Positions 52,801 to 64,000 of a stretch of DNA of 64,000 nucleotides are shown one piece after another. Where the stretch lies: positions 1,178,001-1,242,000 of the forward strand of contig JAYWIR010000037.1 in assembly GCA_036172245.1 (NCBI GenBank), in the 5' to 3' direction. Position numbers and translations under genes: made by a program. Position 1 is the first letter of the stretch, and every line of letters begins with the position of its first letter. The notes beneath the pieces are model-generated. The model was given only the letters and a program-made list of their open reading frames with translations, was not told where the DNA came from and ran no database searches. The stretch comes from Raillietiella orientalis. Taxonomy: Eukaryota.

Positions 52801-55574
52801 AACCACAAGAGGAAGCCGTGTCCGGAAAGCAGAAAATTTCCACTTTGACACTCCGCAGTTATTAACAAAAATAATTAGAAGCCTGCACGCTGAGAACATC
52901 CATATTTTGATAGGATGAGTGCACAGATGTTCGTGAAAACATCTTGAGGGCATTTTAATCGAACATATAAACGTACAATATAAACAATGCAGTTTCTTTC
53001 CTGACCACAGATTAAATGTATTTATTAAGTTGTAATCAAGATGTATATGTATTTTGTTTCATTATATTTCTTTCAATCATACCTTCCTGTATGCTTCATT
53101 TGCAACTTTGTCTTTACCGTTTATTTCCTCTTGCATTGAAATTGATAAAAAAATGTGAACACAGCTCTGAACAGAGCCATTCTGGATTAAAGGTTTACAG
53201 AGGATTCTGGATAAAAAATTATCATCGGCTATTCCCTAACCACTTCCAGGAGTAAAAGTTATAAACGAAGTTTTCTGTCTTCATGGAACTTTGAAAGATG
53301 AAAACGCTCTGGAAAGAAAGCTCAGCATCCGTGGCCTGTCGAAAATTCAATGCCATATGGACAGCGAATTGGCAATGAGTTTTGGAATTTTGATTTTTCA
53401 TAGCGGAAGGACTTTTGGGTAACTCGGAACCACTCCTGCGAGGGATTGTTTCGTTTATCTTAGCACTGTACTTGTTTCTTGCTTTCAGTACGAAACGAAG
53501 TAGACTTTTACCAGTTTCATACAAAATGGTAGTGTCCACTGCACCTGAATTCTGTTTTCAGAAAGTCATGGAACGCTCCACGCGTCAAGAAATGCAGAAA
53601 TAGAGTAAAGCGATAATTCCAAGAGACTACTCCTTCAGCACTTTCTGAATGGCGTCGTGGAAGGTGCTTACAAAAGTCCTAAATCCAGAATTAGCAGTTT
53701 GGACTTGGAGGAAGAAGGAAAGAAAGGCGATTTCTTCTGAAGGCTCATTCTGTTGCTTCAGCGAAGCCAGTTTCCCGAAGGCTGGATTTTCGAGACAAGA
53801 AGTACCTGTCAGCATTCCTGTCAAAATTGATGTGGACAAATACGAAACGGCATGCGATAATTAGCGACAATAACAGTACGGATGGCTCTCGCGCAAGGCA
53901 AAATGAGTGCGTCGCCATGACGAGTGATGGTTGAATTCCGAAATTTCACGGAGGAACCCTGGTGGTCCAAGTAGCGTGTTTTCTCGGCATTGAAGAAATG
54001 AAAATCCAGCGCTAAAGTGATTTCCCCTGCACTAATTGTGCAATTTGCATGCTGCTCATGGATGGGCAGATTCTCTAGTAGTCCAAATCAGCAGATAACA
54101 AAGCAATAGCATTTTGTACGCTGAAGAGATTAAAGAGGTTCTATTGGACATGAGCAACGTAGATTGCCCTTGTGTCGTGATCGTGCTCAAGTAACTGCTA
54201 CTAAGAAATGAAAAGCAGGGACTATTAAAACGGGAAATCCCTCTCTCCTGGAACATTGCAGAAGGATTTCAGGATAGCAAAGAAAAGGCAAGGCAATCTA
54301 CAGAGAAAACAGCAGAAAATCTATAAAACACCAGAACACAGTCCAAATGAATTGAGCCGATGCTGGTGTTCCAATTCTACTGCGATGTCCTTAGGTGGAT
54401 TCCGTGATTAGAAGTTATAAATAGTATCACTATGAGCACGCTGAGTTTCCATCACAACTCAAAGTGTGCCCAGGTTCTTCATTGTATCCCAAGGAAACAG
54501 ACGAGAAGTCTTCTCTAAATCTCTCACCTACGGAAACCGTCTGATTAAATGAAGTCAATTTTCGATTCATCCAGATAAAACGAATTTTTAGATTGGCGAG
54601 CCAGAAAGAAAGAAGAAAAAGAGAGACAAGCACAACCATTGGAGCAAATCAAGAACAAACTCATCCTGAGTGCTCTGAATTTTCCGCTGGCCTGAGAACT
54701 TACTTTGGGGAAATTTCCCTGGACCTACTTACGTTTTTAGGTCTGTGATCAGGAATCTTGTTCAAATGAAAGAAGCGGGCCCTGATAAAATGAAAAACCG
54801 CTTTCCGAATAATCAAGATCCCTAAATGACTCATCAATTTCAGGTATCATGAACTTTTCAGAGAAATCCACATCAGTACAGTTACTTCCATTTAATAAAA
54901 TGTTTCGAATACAAAGCAATCAGCTGGGAAGGATGTCTGAGACAAATGACAGCTGCATGGAAGCGCAATCACTGAAGATGATTAGTTTTCAAGAGTCCAA
55001 AAAAAGACACAAACGAGCGCGAACAGTAGGGATTGCAAAACTGCTTGTGAACAGGAAAGAAATGCTGCCAGCCGAAGCGGTAAAACAAGAAGTAAAAGTT
55101 TTCCTGTTTTCTCCAGGATGCCAAGGACGGATGCCTTGAGGGGTGGATGAAAGAACTGTTCTTCCCAATGATCCCCGAAGCGTACTCAGTGAGCAAAGTT
55201 GCTCGCGTTGGTGGCCGTGTGGCTACTGCCTCCGCGCGTGGCGCTCAAGAGCCGACAAGAATCGACGCCTGAAAAATGGGGGTGCGTCCTGGGCTTCGTG
55301 TCCCTCATTCGCAAGATGACGATGGTTGGCTTATATTCGGATGCAGCACTGGTTGACACCCGGACACGCCAGGGTGTTTATTGATAAAATAAATATACAC
55401 GTCTGTGGTAGAACGTTTGATCCTGTCACTTTACCTCTTAATACGAAGAGGAACCTGACGGGAACTGGAACGCAGTCCAGAGGGGCTCGCTTCGGCAGTA
55501 TAGCGGAAGGGGGACAAACAAAAAGAAAAAAATAGGTAAACCAAAAATATACGGTCGAAAAAATAGAGGGATGG

Positions 55575-56119
55575 GGGGTTGCGGCACTGGTGGAAGTCGG
55601 AAGCTGGAGGCCCCTGTTGAGTGGCCGGGATTGGAAGTTGACCCTATAGAGTCCTTGCAGGAATCAGGGAGCCGGTTCCCTTCGGGATTCCCCTCCGGTT
55701 GTGCAAATGGAGTCGTCACCCTTGAGAGGGTGACCCTCCATCGCGTGCCATGAATCTGGTGGGTTGATACCTCTCCGGAGTGTGAAGAAGTGAGCTGTTC
55801 CCTTCGGGAAAGCGCCCTTCAGTGAAATCTGGAAGCGTTCTTTCAGGGTCCACTTCAGAGAAGGGAACAAGAGGCGATTCCCTTACGGATTCGCTCCGGA
55901 AAAAGATGCTGCAAAAGCGGATCCTTTCCGGATTCCCTTCGGAGGAGCAATGAGGAGCGGTCCTTTCAGAGTCCCCCTCTAGAGAAAATAAGGAAGTGGT
56001 TCTCTCCGAAGCGTAAGAGGAACGGACTCCTTTCTCCGAAGTCTTCCTAAATTCTAAAGAAAACAACTCTCGGGGTACTCCCTAGCATCACCACCTCATC
56101 ATTGGGTGGTGTGGAACAG
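55575..56119 (-). mobile_element. Isolated complete 5' leader of the same LINE family (copy E)
   Basis: Collinear similarity to 8420-8885 and 51410-52102, ending at the same terminal motif (plus strand GGGTGGTGTGGAACAG). Confidence 0.8.
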
Positions 56120-59100
56120 TCTTAAAGAGCTTCGTGAGTCCTCAGGCGAACGGATCTTGAATATTTAGCGAACTCCTCCCAGAAAAAAGCTGAGAAAAAA
56201 CTGGGAAGAAATGATAAAGAAAGATGTTTTATTTCATCTGATGGATTTTTGTAGTGTGAATGGAGGGACACTGGATTTCTCAGAGCAAGCGAATCTTTTC
56301 ATTCCCTAAGAAACACTTTCGCTGACACAGACACCTGCCAGTCTAAGAGAATGAAGGTGTCTCCAAAAGCACAAAGGAGCCATATTTTCCGTGTCGTGGT
56401 CGTGATCTCAGTCCTGTATCAGTAAGGATAAGGGAATTTTTTTTTTTTTTTTTTAAATGTGAATCACCAAAAAGTACGAGAGAGAAAGGACTCTGATCTT
56501 AGTATCAATATTGGGGAGAGCTGCGTTGAGAAAAAGACTGAACATGAATGATTCAGCGGAACGGAACGGCTTGCGCCAGACTCAAAGACTTCTGTAGGGC
56601 AACGGATGTCACCACTCTGTTAACAAAATGAGGTAAAAATTCGATCTGTGTAGATCAATGGTCATGCTATGACCTGAATGACCCGAATGTCTGCCAGTGG
56701 GGGTACCGTTCTTTCAAGGCATCATGTGTTCATTTTTTTCCTTCGCAGAAATTTGCGCTATCGTTTTCTTCCTGGTCCACCGAAGAAAATGCTTCTCATT
56801 TCCGCAGAGTTATTTTCCCACTGAATTCAAAGATGAGCACAATGATGAAAATGCACAGAATTCCCAGTGCGTCCCTTTCGAGATATGGCTCTCTCGCTAT
56901 TCCTTGCTCACTTTCCTTCAGTTCCCTTGCCCGCTCTTGTGAACACCGTCAAACCATTCCCGTTTTTGCATCTTGACTTGCTCACAGTTGACTTCCCAAA
57001 TCTTCCTTCATCGCTTTTTTCCTTTTTAGGATAATTAACCCCTGTCACGTTTGAAAATGCAGGCTCCAGAAAAACTGCGAATGGATTCTTTTTCTATGGC
57101 ATTCCCACAAGTTTTCGGAGACACCTTTTTGTGGAAATCCTTTTAAGAAGAATCGTCTTAGCCATCGCTGTGCGCAATTGCAATCAAAAAGCAGTTTTGT
57201 CGGTAAATGCAGTTCGCATATAAAACAAAGTACCCCACTTTCTTACGATTCCATTTTTTTTTTTTTTCAGTAAAACGACATAGGGATAGATCTTGACCTC
57301 AAGGGTTATGCGGAACAGCACTATCTGCATCAGGGACGAGCGCACATCAGCTCAGCTCTCCGATGAATCTTATAGGATCTTCTTTGAACACTTTCACTTC
57401 TTCGAACTTACCATTTTCCTCCTAGCTGGCGATCTTCCAAGTGTAGCCTACGATCAATTCTAAAATGGAAAGAAAGCGTGGTCTCTGGAGCGTCGTCTGG
57501 AGACCGTTTGCAATCGCTGGCTCCAACCGGGAGGAGGAATAGGAGAAGACTTTACGACACTTCCGGAGAGACCTGTGATGGCACCCATTTTTGCTCAGTG
57601 ACACCTGACCGAGGTGCTCGGACGTCACTGAAATCAGTCCATCCAATTTCATCCAAGTCCATCCCATCTACATCCCAGTGTCATGCTCCTCCCCTTCTGT
57701 TCCTTCCGCAGGCATGTCCCTGGTGAGATTAAGAAGCTTCCGTTTAAGGCCAGCAGATGTCTGATTTCTTACGATATTTTTTGTTCGCTCATTTTAAATC
57801 AATAACACAGGATACCAGGATGAAAAGGTACACGATCAATGGTTGCAATTAACAAACTGCAAGTGCACACAATATCTTGCTGTTCTTATTTTCTCAAAGG
57901 GACTCTTGCCGGCAGAAGCTTTCCATGACATGTAAAAATACTCCCGAAGATTCCTTAAACCTGCCTTGTAGGATGCATCCCGAAAAAGGAGTAGCGATCC
58001 CTGAGCATATGTCCCCCAACAAGACTTGAGAACCCTTCAACCTGTGCAAGTGAAGCTTCCGCTAATCAGTTCACTTGACATCGAGAAAAAGAGCTACAGC
58101 TGAGCGAAAGACGACTACCAGGGAACACAACTTTCGATGAGCGAAACAGGTAACCAGGCAACAGCTAGAGGATTCGTTTCGTGAGGCCTGGAGATGTGCA
58201 AGTGCACACGGAGACGCGATTTCTTTCCAAATGCAGCAAAAGTGGTGAAAGGTGACTGAAAAGTTCTGAATGTGATTCAGGAGGTCATCTTAAAATTTTC
58301 TGCTGAGATTTCAAGAAGCACATAAATAAACAGACGAGATTTTTCAAAGGAAATACGGAAAATTATCAAAGGTTCACAATTCCCAAGTAAGATGATCAGA
58401 CAGATGTCACCTTAGCTGTTGTCCTGAAAGAAATCTCTTGTTTTCATCTATTTCAAATGACAAATATGGAGAAAAGGAAGAATTTCATTAGATCTTAAGT
58501 TATTGAAAGTAAGCATCTACGATGCCTTCAGTGAAGCCTCTATAAAATACAGGGTGAGATATTTTTCAGCATGCAACCAGCAGATTTAAAGAAGGGGAGA
58601 TTTAGACGCGGAAAAATGAAGGAGGGGGGGGAACATCTGCTTTCTCCCTTTTCCAAGGGAAATATCTTTTCTGGAGCAGCTGTCACATTCAGACGTAAAA
58701 TGGAAACATCGTGAAAAATTGAAAATAAAAGAAATATGGCAGAAATACTATGGAAAGAATGAAATGAGTTTACGGGAATGGCATTTTATTATATTAGAAG
58801 ATGAGAAAATGAACCAGACTCGCTGATGAATCAGTCACAATAAGTTATCCATTGCGATGGCTTCACCTGATCACGATGTTTTCCAGTTGAACAGAATACT
58901 CCCTTGAAAGATGTAAAGCAGGGCTTACAATGTACACCGAATTGCTTAAGGCAACGGAACAACTGTCAAATCCAAGTTTTAATGACATCCGTGGCAAGAG
59001 GAAAAACACGCGACCACTGCACTCTGCTAGTCGCGAAGTGCTCAGAAGAAAAACTGCCGTTCGCCAGCATCACTTGGTGAAGGGTCAGCATTGGAGTTTC

Positions 59101-61363
59101 TCCACCGTTCTGCGAACTGTCTGCAAGAAGGCAGCATTCGAAGGAAAATGCGATTCTTGCACAGAGCTGGGTCGGATGGTCTCTAGCAAGAGACAGCTGA
59201 ACTGCGCTTTTCGCCTACAAAGAGGACGGTGTGAGGCCGCCATTTCTCTTCCGACTTGATACTCTAAACAAACCAAAACCTTGATCAACGGTGGGGAAAT
59301 GGGAGAACAGGAAAAACTAGCAGGTGACTCGCTTTCAAAAGCAATTCCACTTCTCCTAAAGAGAATTCCAAAGAAGATTGAAAAGGAACGAGGAACGTCA
59401 AGGGAGAGTCGAAAAGGGTGTGCATTCGGAGATCCCAGTGGTCAAGAAAGCAAAGGAGAACAGTTCCTTCGAGGAATAAGGCAATATTGGTGAATACTGG
59501 ATTTGCATGAACTCAGCATCGAGAGCACGAAGGATGCTCTTACGAGGCAGACAACTGGCAACAGTTTCAGTGCGTCACCAATAAAGAAATGAGTCATCTA
59601 CCTGTGCAAGTTCTCTGAAAAATACACGAAACATGCATTTCTAAAATGCTACTCGTTCCAGTGTTTTTTTTTTTTTTTTTTCAATGGCAATCGTTAAATT
59701 TTAGGGAAAGTTAGCCTTGCATCTCACACAGGATGCAAGGTGAAATTAGGGATAAGAATTTGACCTGCAAAGCCGTCGAAAATACAAAAGTCTGGTAGTT
59801 CGATTGCTTGTCATAGGGATGGTGCTGTGCAAAGCGGACTTACCGGCTGATGTTGTAACTTCTGTGGCCTCCTGTGCAACAAGAAAGTTCATCACTGAGA
59901 CTGGGAACCTAAGAGATGAGTTTTTTAAGTCATTTTGAGGAAGGGACACCGGTTCTACATGGCTTCACCTGTCGAACGTTGAATCAAGACTCAAGAAACG
60001 CGAAGAAGATGATTTACAATCCAACGAATTCAGAAGTGGGGGTGCTCAAATGCACGGGAACGTGATAGATAGGTTAACTTCATGCTGCAATCCCATGCTC
60101 CTCATGTTCTGGATCTTTTTTGTCAAGTAAACTCCAATAGGAAGACCTGAATCCGCAACAGAGAGTGGACTCCACCCAGAAGCATCTGTGAAACCGTCCC
60201 GAAGAAGGGATTGGTCTTCAGAAGATGCAGCAGTGTTTTAGAAAGAATCTCATACCCTGATAAGATTCCAGTTAGCAACACCAAAAACAGGATCCTGAAA
60301 AGGGAAAGGACAAAGTACTGTTGTACCCCAAGTGGCAAAGAGAATAATCCATGTGAAAACATTGGAAATCATTTTACCAAAACTATCGTACCCACAGAGA
60401 ACAGGGGCAATGAAAGATCCTATTCACCCATAATGTCATCAGAATACTCAATGCCTGATATGGCAATATCGCAAAAGAATAGACGGATCCCGTTTTTTGG
60501 TCTATTGTAATCCTGCCTTTTTTCTTGCAAAATTCCTTTTACAAGAGAGGAGCTGGAAGTAGAATATCCATTGACTGACAGTCTAAGAAATTCAGGGAAG
60601 ACATAGAATTATCAAGACTCATAATAAAGCTTATTTCAGGAATGAAGGAAGAATCGAAGTCAAAGATTACTTTGAAGAGAATTTTAGTTCGTTCGTGAAA
60701 CCTAAGGAGTCATAAGAATCACAAGAAAATACCCGCAAGCTCCATTTCGAATTTCTGAAACTGCCATCTGCGATTCTGATAACCTTCCTTTGAGTGAATG
60801 CCAGATAGCTGAAGCACGAAACACAAAGATACGTCTTAAATGGATGCTGCTATTTTTCAGCAACACAAACGCGCTCCAGATTATAAAAATCCGTTCTCCG
60901 ATGTTGCTTCAACTTTCAGTTCTATAGGAAGATCTGTCTGAAAAAGAGAGATTTGAGCGCCTAGAAGTTTCGAAATTGAATCCAGAAGAAATAGCTTCCT
61001 GTCTTCTCAGGAGCCAGATTCAAGGATAAAGTTCAGTGAGATGTAAGATTAAAAAACATTCCTGTAGATTGATCGTAGTTCTGAGTTTCAGGGTTTGACA
61101 ATATGCATGTGATGCAGACGCAGATTTCAACAGTTCCATAACACACTTCGATCTTGGCATGCTGCTTCACTTTATGTTTTCATACCACCTACTTTCGGAT
61201 TTCCGAAAAGCTGAAGAAACTGTTTCTCTCATGTGCTGGCTCCTCCTGAAGCTTAAAGAAATGCGAGAAGAAAGTTCCAAAAGATCAAGGGCAATAGCTT
61301 AGACAGCCTGCTCACAAGCAATTGAAACATTCTATTTCTAGAAACATTTCTGCTTTTCGAACT

Positions 61364-61395
61364 AATTTTAGTATATGTACCGCCGAAGCAGGTAC
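61364..61395 (-). pseudogene. U6: U6 snRNA 5' fragment (nt 1-32) with fold-back extension to 61408 and 13-bp target-site duplication
   Basis: Minus strand GTACCTGCTTCGGCGGTACATATACTAAAATT is the U6 5' stem-loop plus the conserved CATATACTAAAATT. TTTCGAACTAATT occurs at 61355-61367 and 61407-61419. Confidence 0.88.
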
Positions 61396-64000
61396 ATATA
61401 CTAAAATTTCGAACTAATTAAGTTCCATCCTCATGTTTATTTATGCTACTAGAAGCAACACATCATCACTGCTTCCACAGAAAGCTTTAATTTTGTATCA
61501 GAGTGAAATTCATTAAAAATTGATATTTAATGTTGGATGCCGATGAGTTAAATAAAATGATTGCTATGCGCAAGGAAATATGGCTGAATTTGACCATGGA
61601 AGTACTCGAAGTATATGTTTAACTTTGTATCAGAGTGGAATTAATTAAATGTATTGGCTATGCATTTGAGGTCCTTGAACGAAATGGAGTTCTCCGATGT
61701 GGCATTCGAAAATCCCGAGAGCTCCAGAGTTTCCACAAATCATGGGATGCATTGGCATCCACGTCACATTGAATTCTGATTGTCTTTTTAAAGGTTTACA
61801 CTATTAGATCACTTTGACTAATAACTCAAGACCTATCAGACTTGCTTGCCTCGAAACGGTCGTACTCTTTTGAGGCAACGGAAGATCAGAGAAGTTCGAG
61901 TTCATTCATTAACTTACCCTTAAAATCCCTGCAGATACTCAGGAACTGTTGCAAAATTGTCCATTTCTAGTATGACTGTTTTTAAATAGGGAGGTGGATT
62001 TCTGTCCCTAAAAGTAGGATGTCCATATACAGTGGCCAGGATATTTCATCATCCAGATCAACGTTTGCACTGATGAAAAGCATCGGGAGGTGCTCTTTTC
62101 AGATGCATGCCATTTGAGTGAGCAGAGATTCCTGCGATTTCATTTCGCTTTGCAGAAGTATGTGACTGTTTAGGCAGTGCTTCGTAAAATAAGCCTTCTA
62201 TGGGTTAGGGAGATGAATGCATAGAGACTTAAAATCCAAAATTGCAACAGTCACAGGAATGAAGTTTATGAAAAAAAAAAGTCTCCCAAGTTTATCGGTC
62301 TTGCCAGATGCTAATGAGGAAGAGATTTCCACATGCTATTTCAGCGTACGTGTTAAGCTAGCGGCAACACATTTAAGATCATGAAAAACTCATACACTTG
62401 CATCTTGAAACCACCAATCCCCAAATTTTCAAGTTCGAATCTGTGCACGGTTTCTTTCCATTATCCAGCGATCTTGAGAGGAACACAGCCGATTCCTTGT
62501 CGTAACTGGTTAGGGTGCACATTTCTCGATCTGTACAGTGTACAAGACAAAAGACAACATGCCGCAATTCGAACTGGCTGTTCGTGTACAGGCAGGCATC
62601 GTTTGTCGTGCCATTTGAGCATCTCTTTCAGACCAATTTCATTGCTGGTGAGATTGGTGTTTTCGATTTCCTTATCAAAGAAAAGACAACCTGCTCGAGA
62701 TCCCGGATACTCTGCGATAACCATCCATATCTGGAGCTGAAAGAAGATAAATTTCTTGACTGTTTCGTGACTGGTTTACGGATGAACCAATCAGATTCAG
62801 AATCTTTTGTGAATTGAGTAAGGGGCATTTTTTCTTTCCATCTAAGAAAAATTAACTTCAGTCCCTGCTGAAGTCATTAATCGGATGAAATGCACGTCTA
62901 GCGTTTCTTCTTCAAGTGTTGTTTTGGGTTTCAAACTCTTCCCGATTCGCATATTCGGAAACGCATCTGAAATTCCGTTTTCCGAGGTGAGACCTACAAA
63001 TGATGAGACTGACTTTTCAGTTCTGGTTTCTCATGCACCTTGGAAACAATTTGAAATTAAATCAGGAACAACGCATTATAAGCATCCCTATCTCTTTCAA
63101 ATTCACGAAAAGGTTCCCATAGGTGTTCTGTTTTGATGCACTTCTTTCAGAATGACGTCAAGAAACGATAAGTTTCCATCCAAAAGAGGTTTGGATGAAA
63201 CCATCCCATATGCTATGAGGGTTTTGCATGAAAATTTCGCAGGTCACAAAGTGCAAGTTTCGTATCACTGAGGAAATCTGGAACGGCCTGGGCTTCAACA
63301 GACTGAGCGAACTGCAGAATATTTATGAGCAGCTGAAACTTGGAAACGAGGAAAATTTTGGCTGGAGTTTGTCCTTCAGTAGAAAACGGGCATAAAATGA
63401 AAAAATTTGCAACCTGTAGGAAGTCGAAAGCATTGATAATGAGGACATGCACGGAAACATTTAAAACTGGAGAGTACAGAAGGTAGTCCACAGTAAGTCT
63501 GTATTTCTAAATAGAAAAACTGAGATGCTTAGAGCATCATCACAAAATTAGAAAGATACTCTTGAGTTTCCAAGATTACGTTCACCGTTGCATGTCGAAT
63601 ATGTGGATTCGACTGGAAAGACAAGGACACGCTTTCAAATGCGTTACCATGCAATTACCATTCCTAGTTAAAACACGTGGTACATATGCAATGCACATGT
63701 ATTCATGTGGCATCACTAATAGTTTGAGTATTTAGAACACCCACATTATTCACACATACACTTCTTCCAAAACTTATGAAAATGAGAATTCGTAGGTATG
63801 TGTTACATTTCCAAAATACTGATGGATACGTGAATTAACGAAAAGCACTGCATGGAACTTCCACGTTCTTCTGTTTCATCCTTTATGGAAACCAGGGTCG
63901 TTGGAATTCTCACATTGATGGCAGGCACAAGGAGAGGCATCTGCCAAGTGCAGGACAGCAAAGAAAAAAGTAGAATTCAAAGAGGAACACGAGAAAACCG

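Noticed and set aside
55200..55535. Possible tRNA-derived SINE (A-box-like GGTGGCCGTGTGG, U6-like GCTCGCTTCGGCAG, A-rich end)
   Set aside because: No convincing B box, single copy in the window, and the matches are too short.
55780..56000. Regularly spaced modules as a CRISPR array
   Set aside because: Eukaryotic context, degenerate repeats embedded in a retrotransposon leader, no cas genes.
58930..62900. Faint RT-like motifs (NTRPL..EVLRR and GDSLS near 59000-59350; LRQG near 62490)
   Set aside because: Probably very old LINE remnants, but too degenerate to delimit or classify without a profile search.

Overview
Eukaryotic (invertebrate animal, probably arthropod) genomic DNA. The one clearly native gene is a 15-exon SCFD1/SLY1 (Sec1/Munc18 family) gene on the minus strand (30537-36568, 622 aa). 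Twelve of its 14 introns are only 40-55 nt, and one is a GC-AG intron. An intronless, CpG-poor ASF1 ORF (8839-9519, minus) lies between two decayed LINEs and takes its stop codon from the 5' end of one of them. Most of the rest (about 1-21 kb and 38-56 kb) is nested, decayed L1/Tx1-like non-LTR retrotransposon remnants plus AT-rich MITE-like inserts. Four observations stand out. (i) Six copies of a 450-700 nt LINE 5' leader are built from a tandem array of related hairpins with a long-range closing helix; the leader runs straight into the endonuclease with no room for ORF1. (ii) Two diverged 28S rRNA 3'-region copies are present, one continuous with a LINE 3' end. (iii) The ASF1 ORF is fused to a LINE leader. 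(iv) A fold-back U6 snRNA 5' fragment is flanked by a 13-bp target-site duplication. All calls come from reading the sequence by eye with no searches run; TE boundaries are approximate. Nearly all entries in the supplied ORF track are spurious or are fragments of these features.
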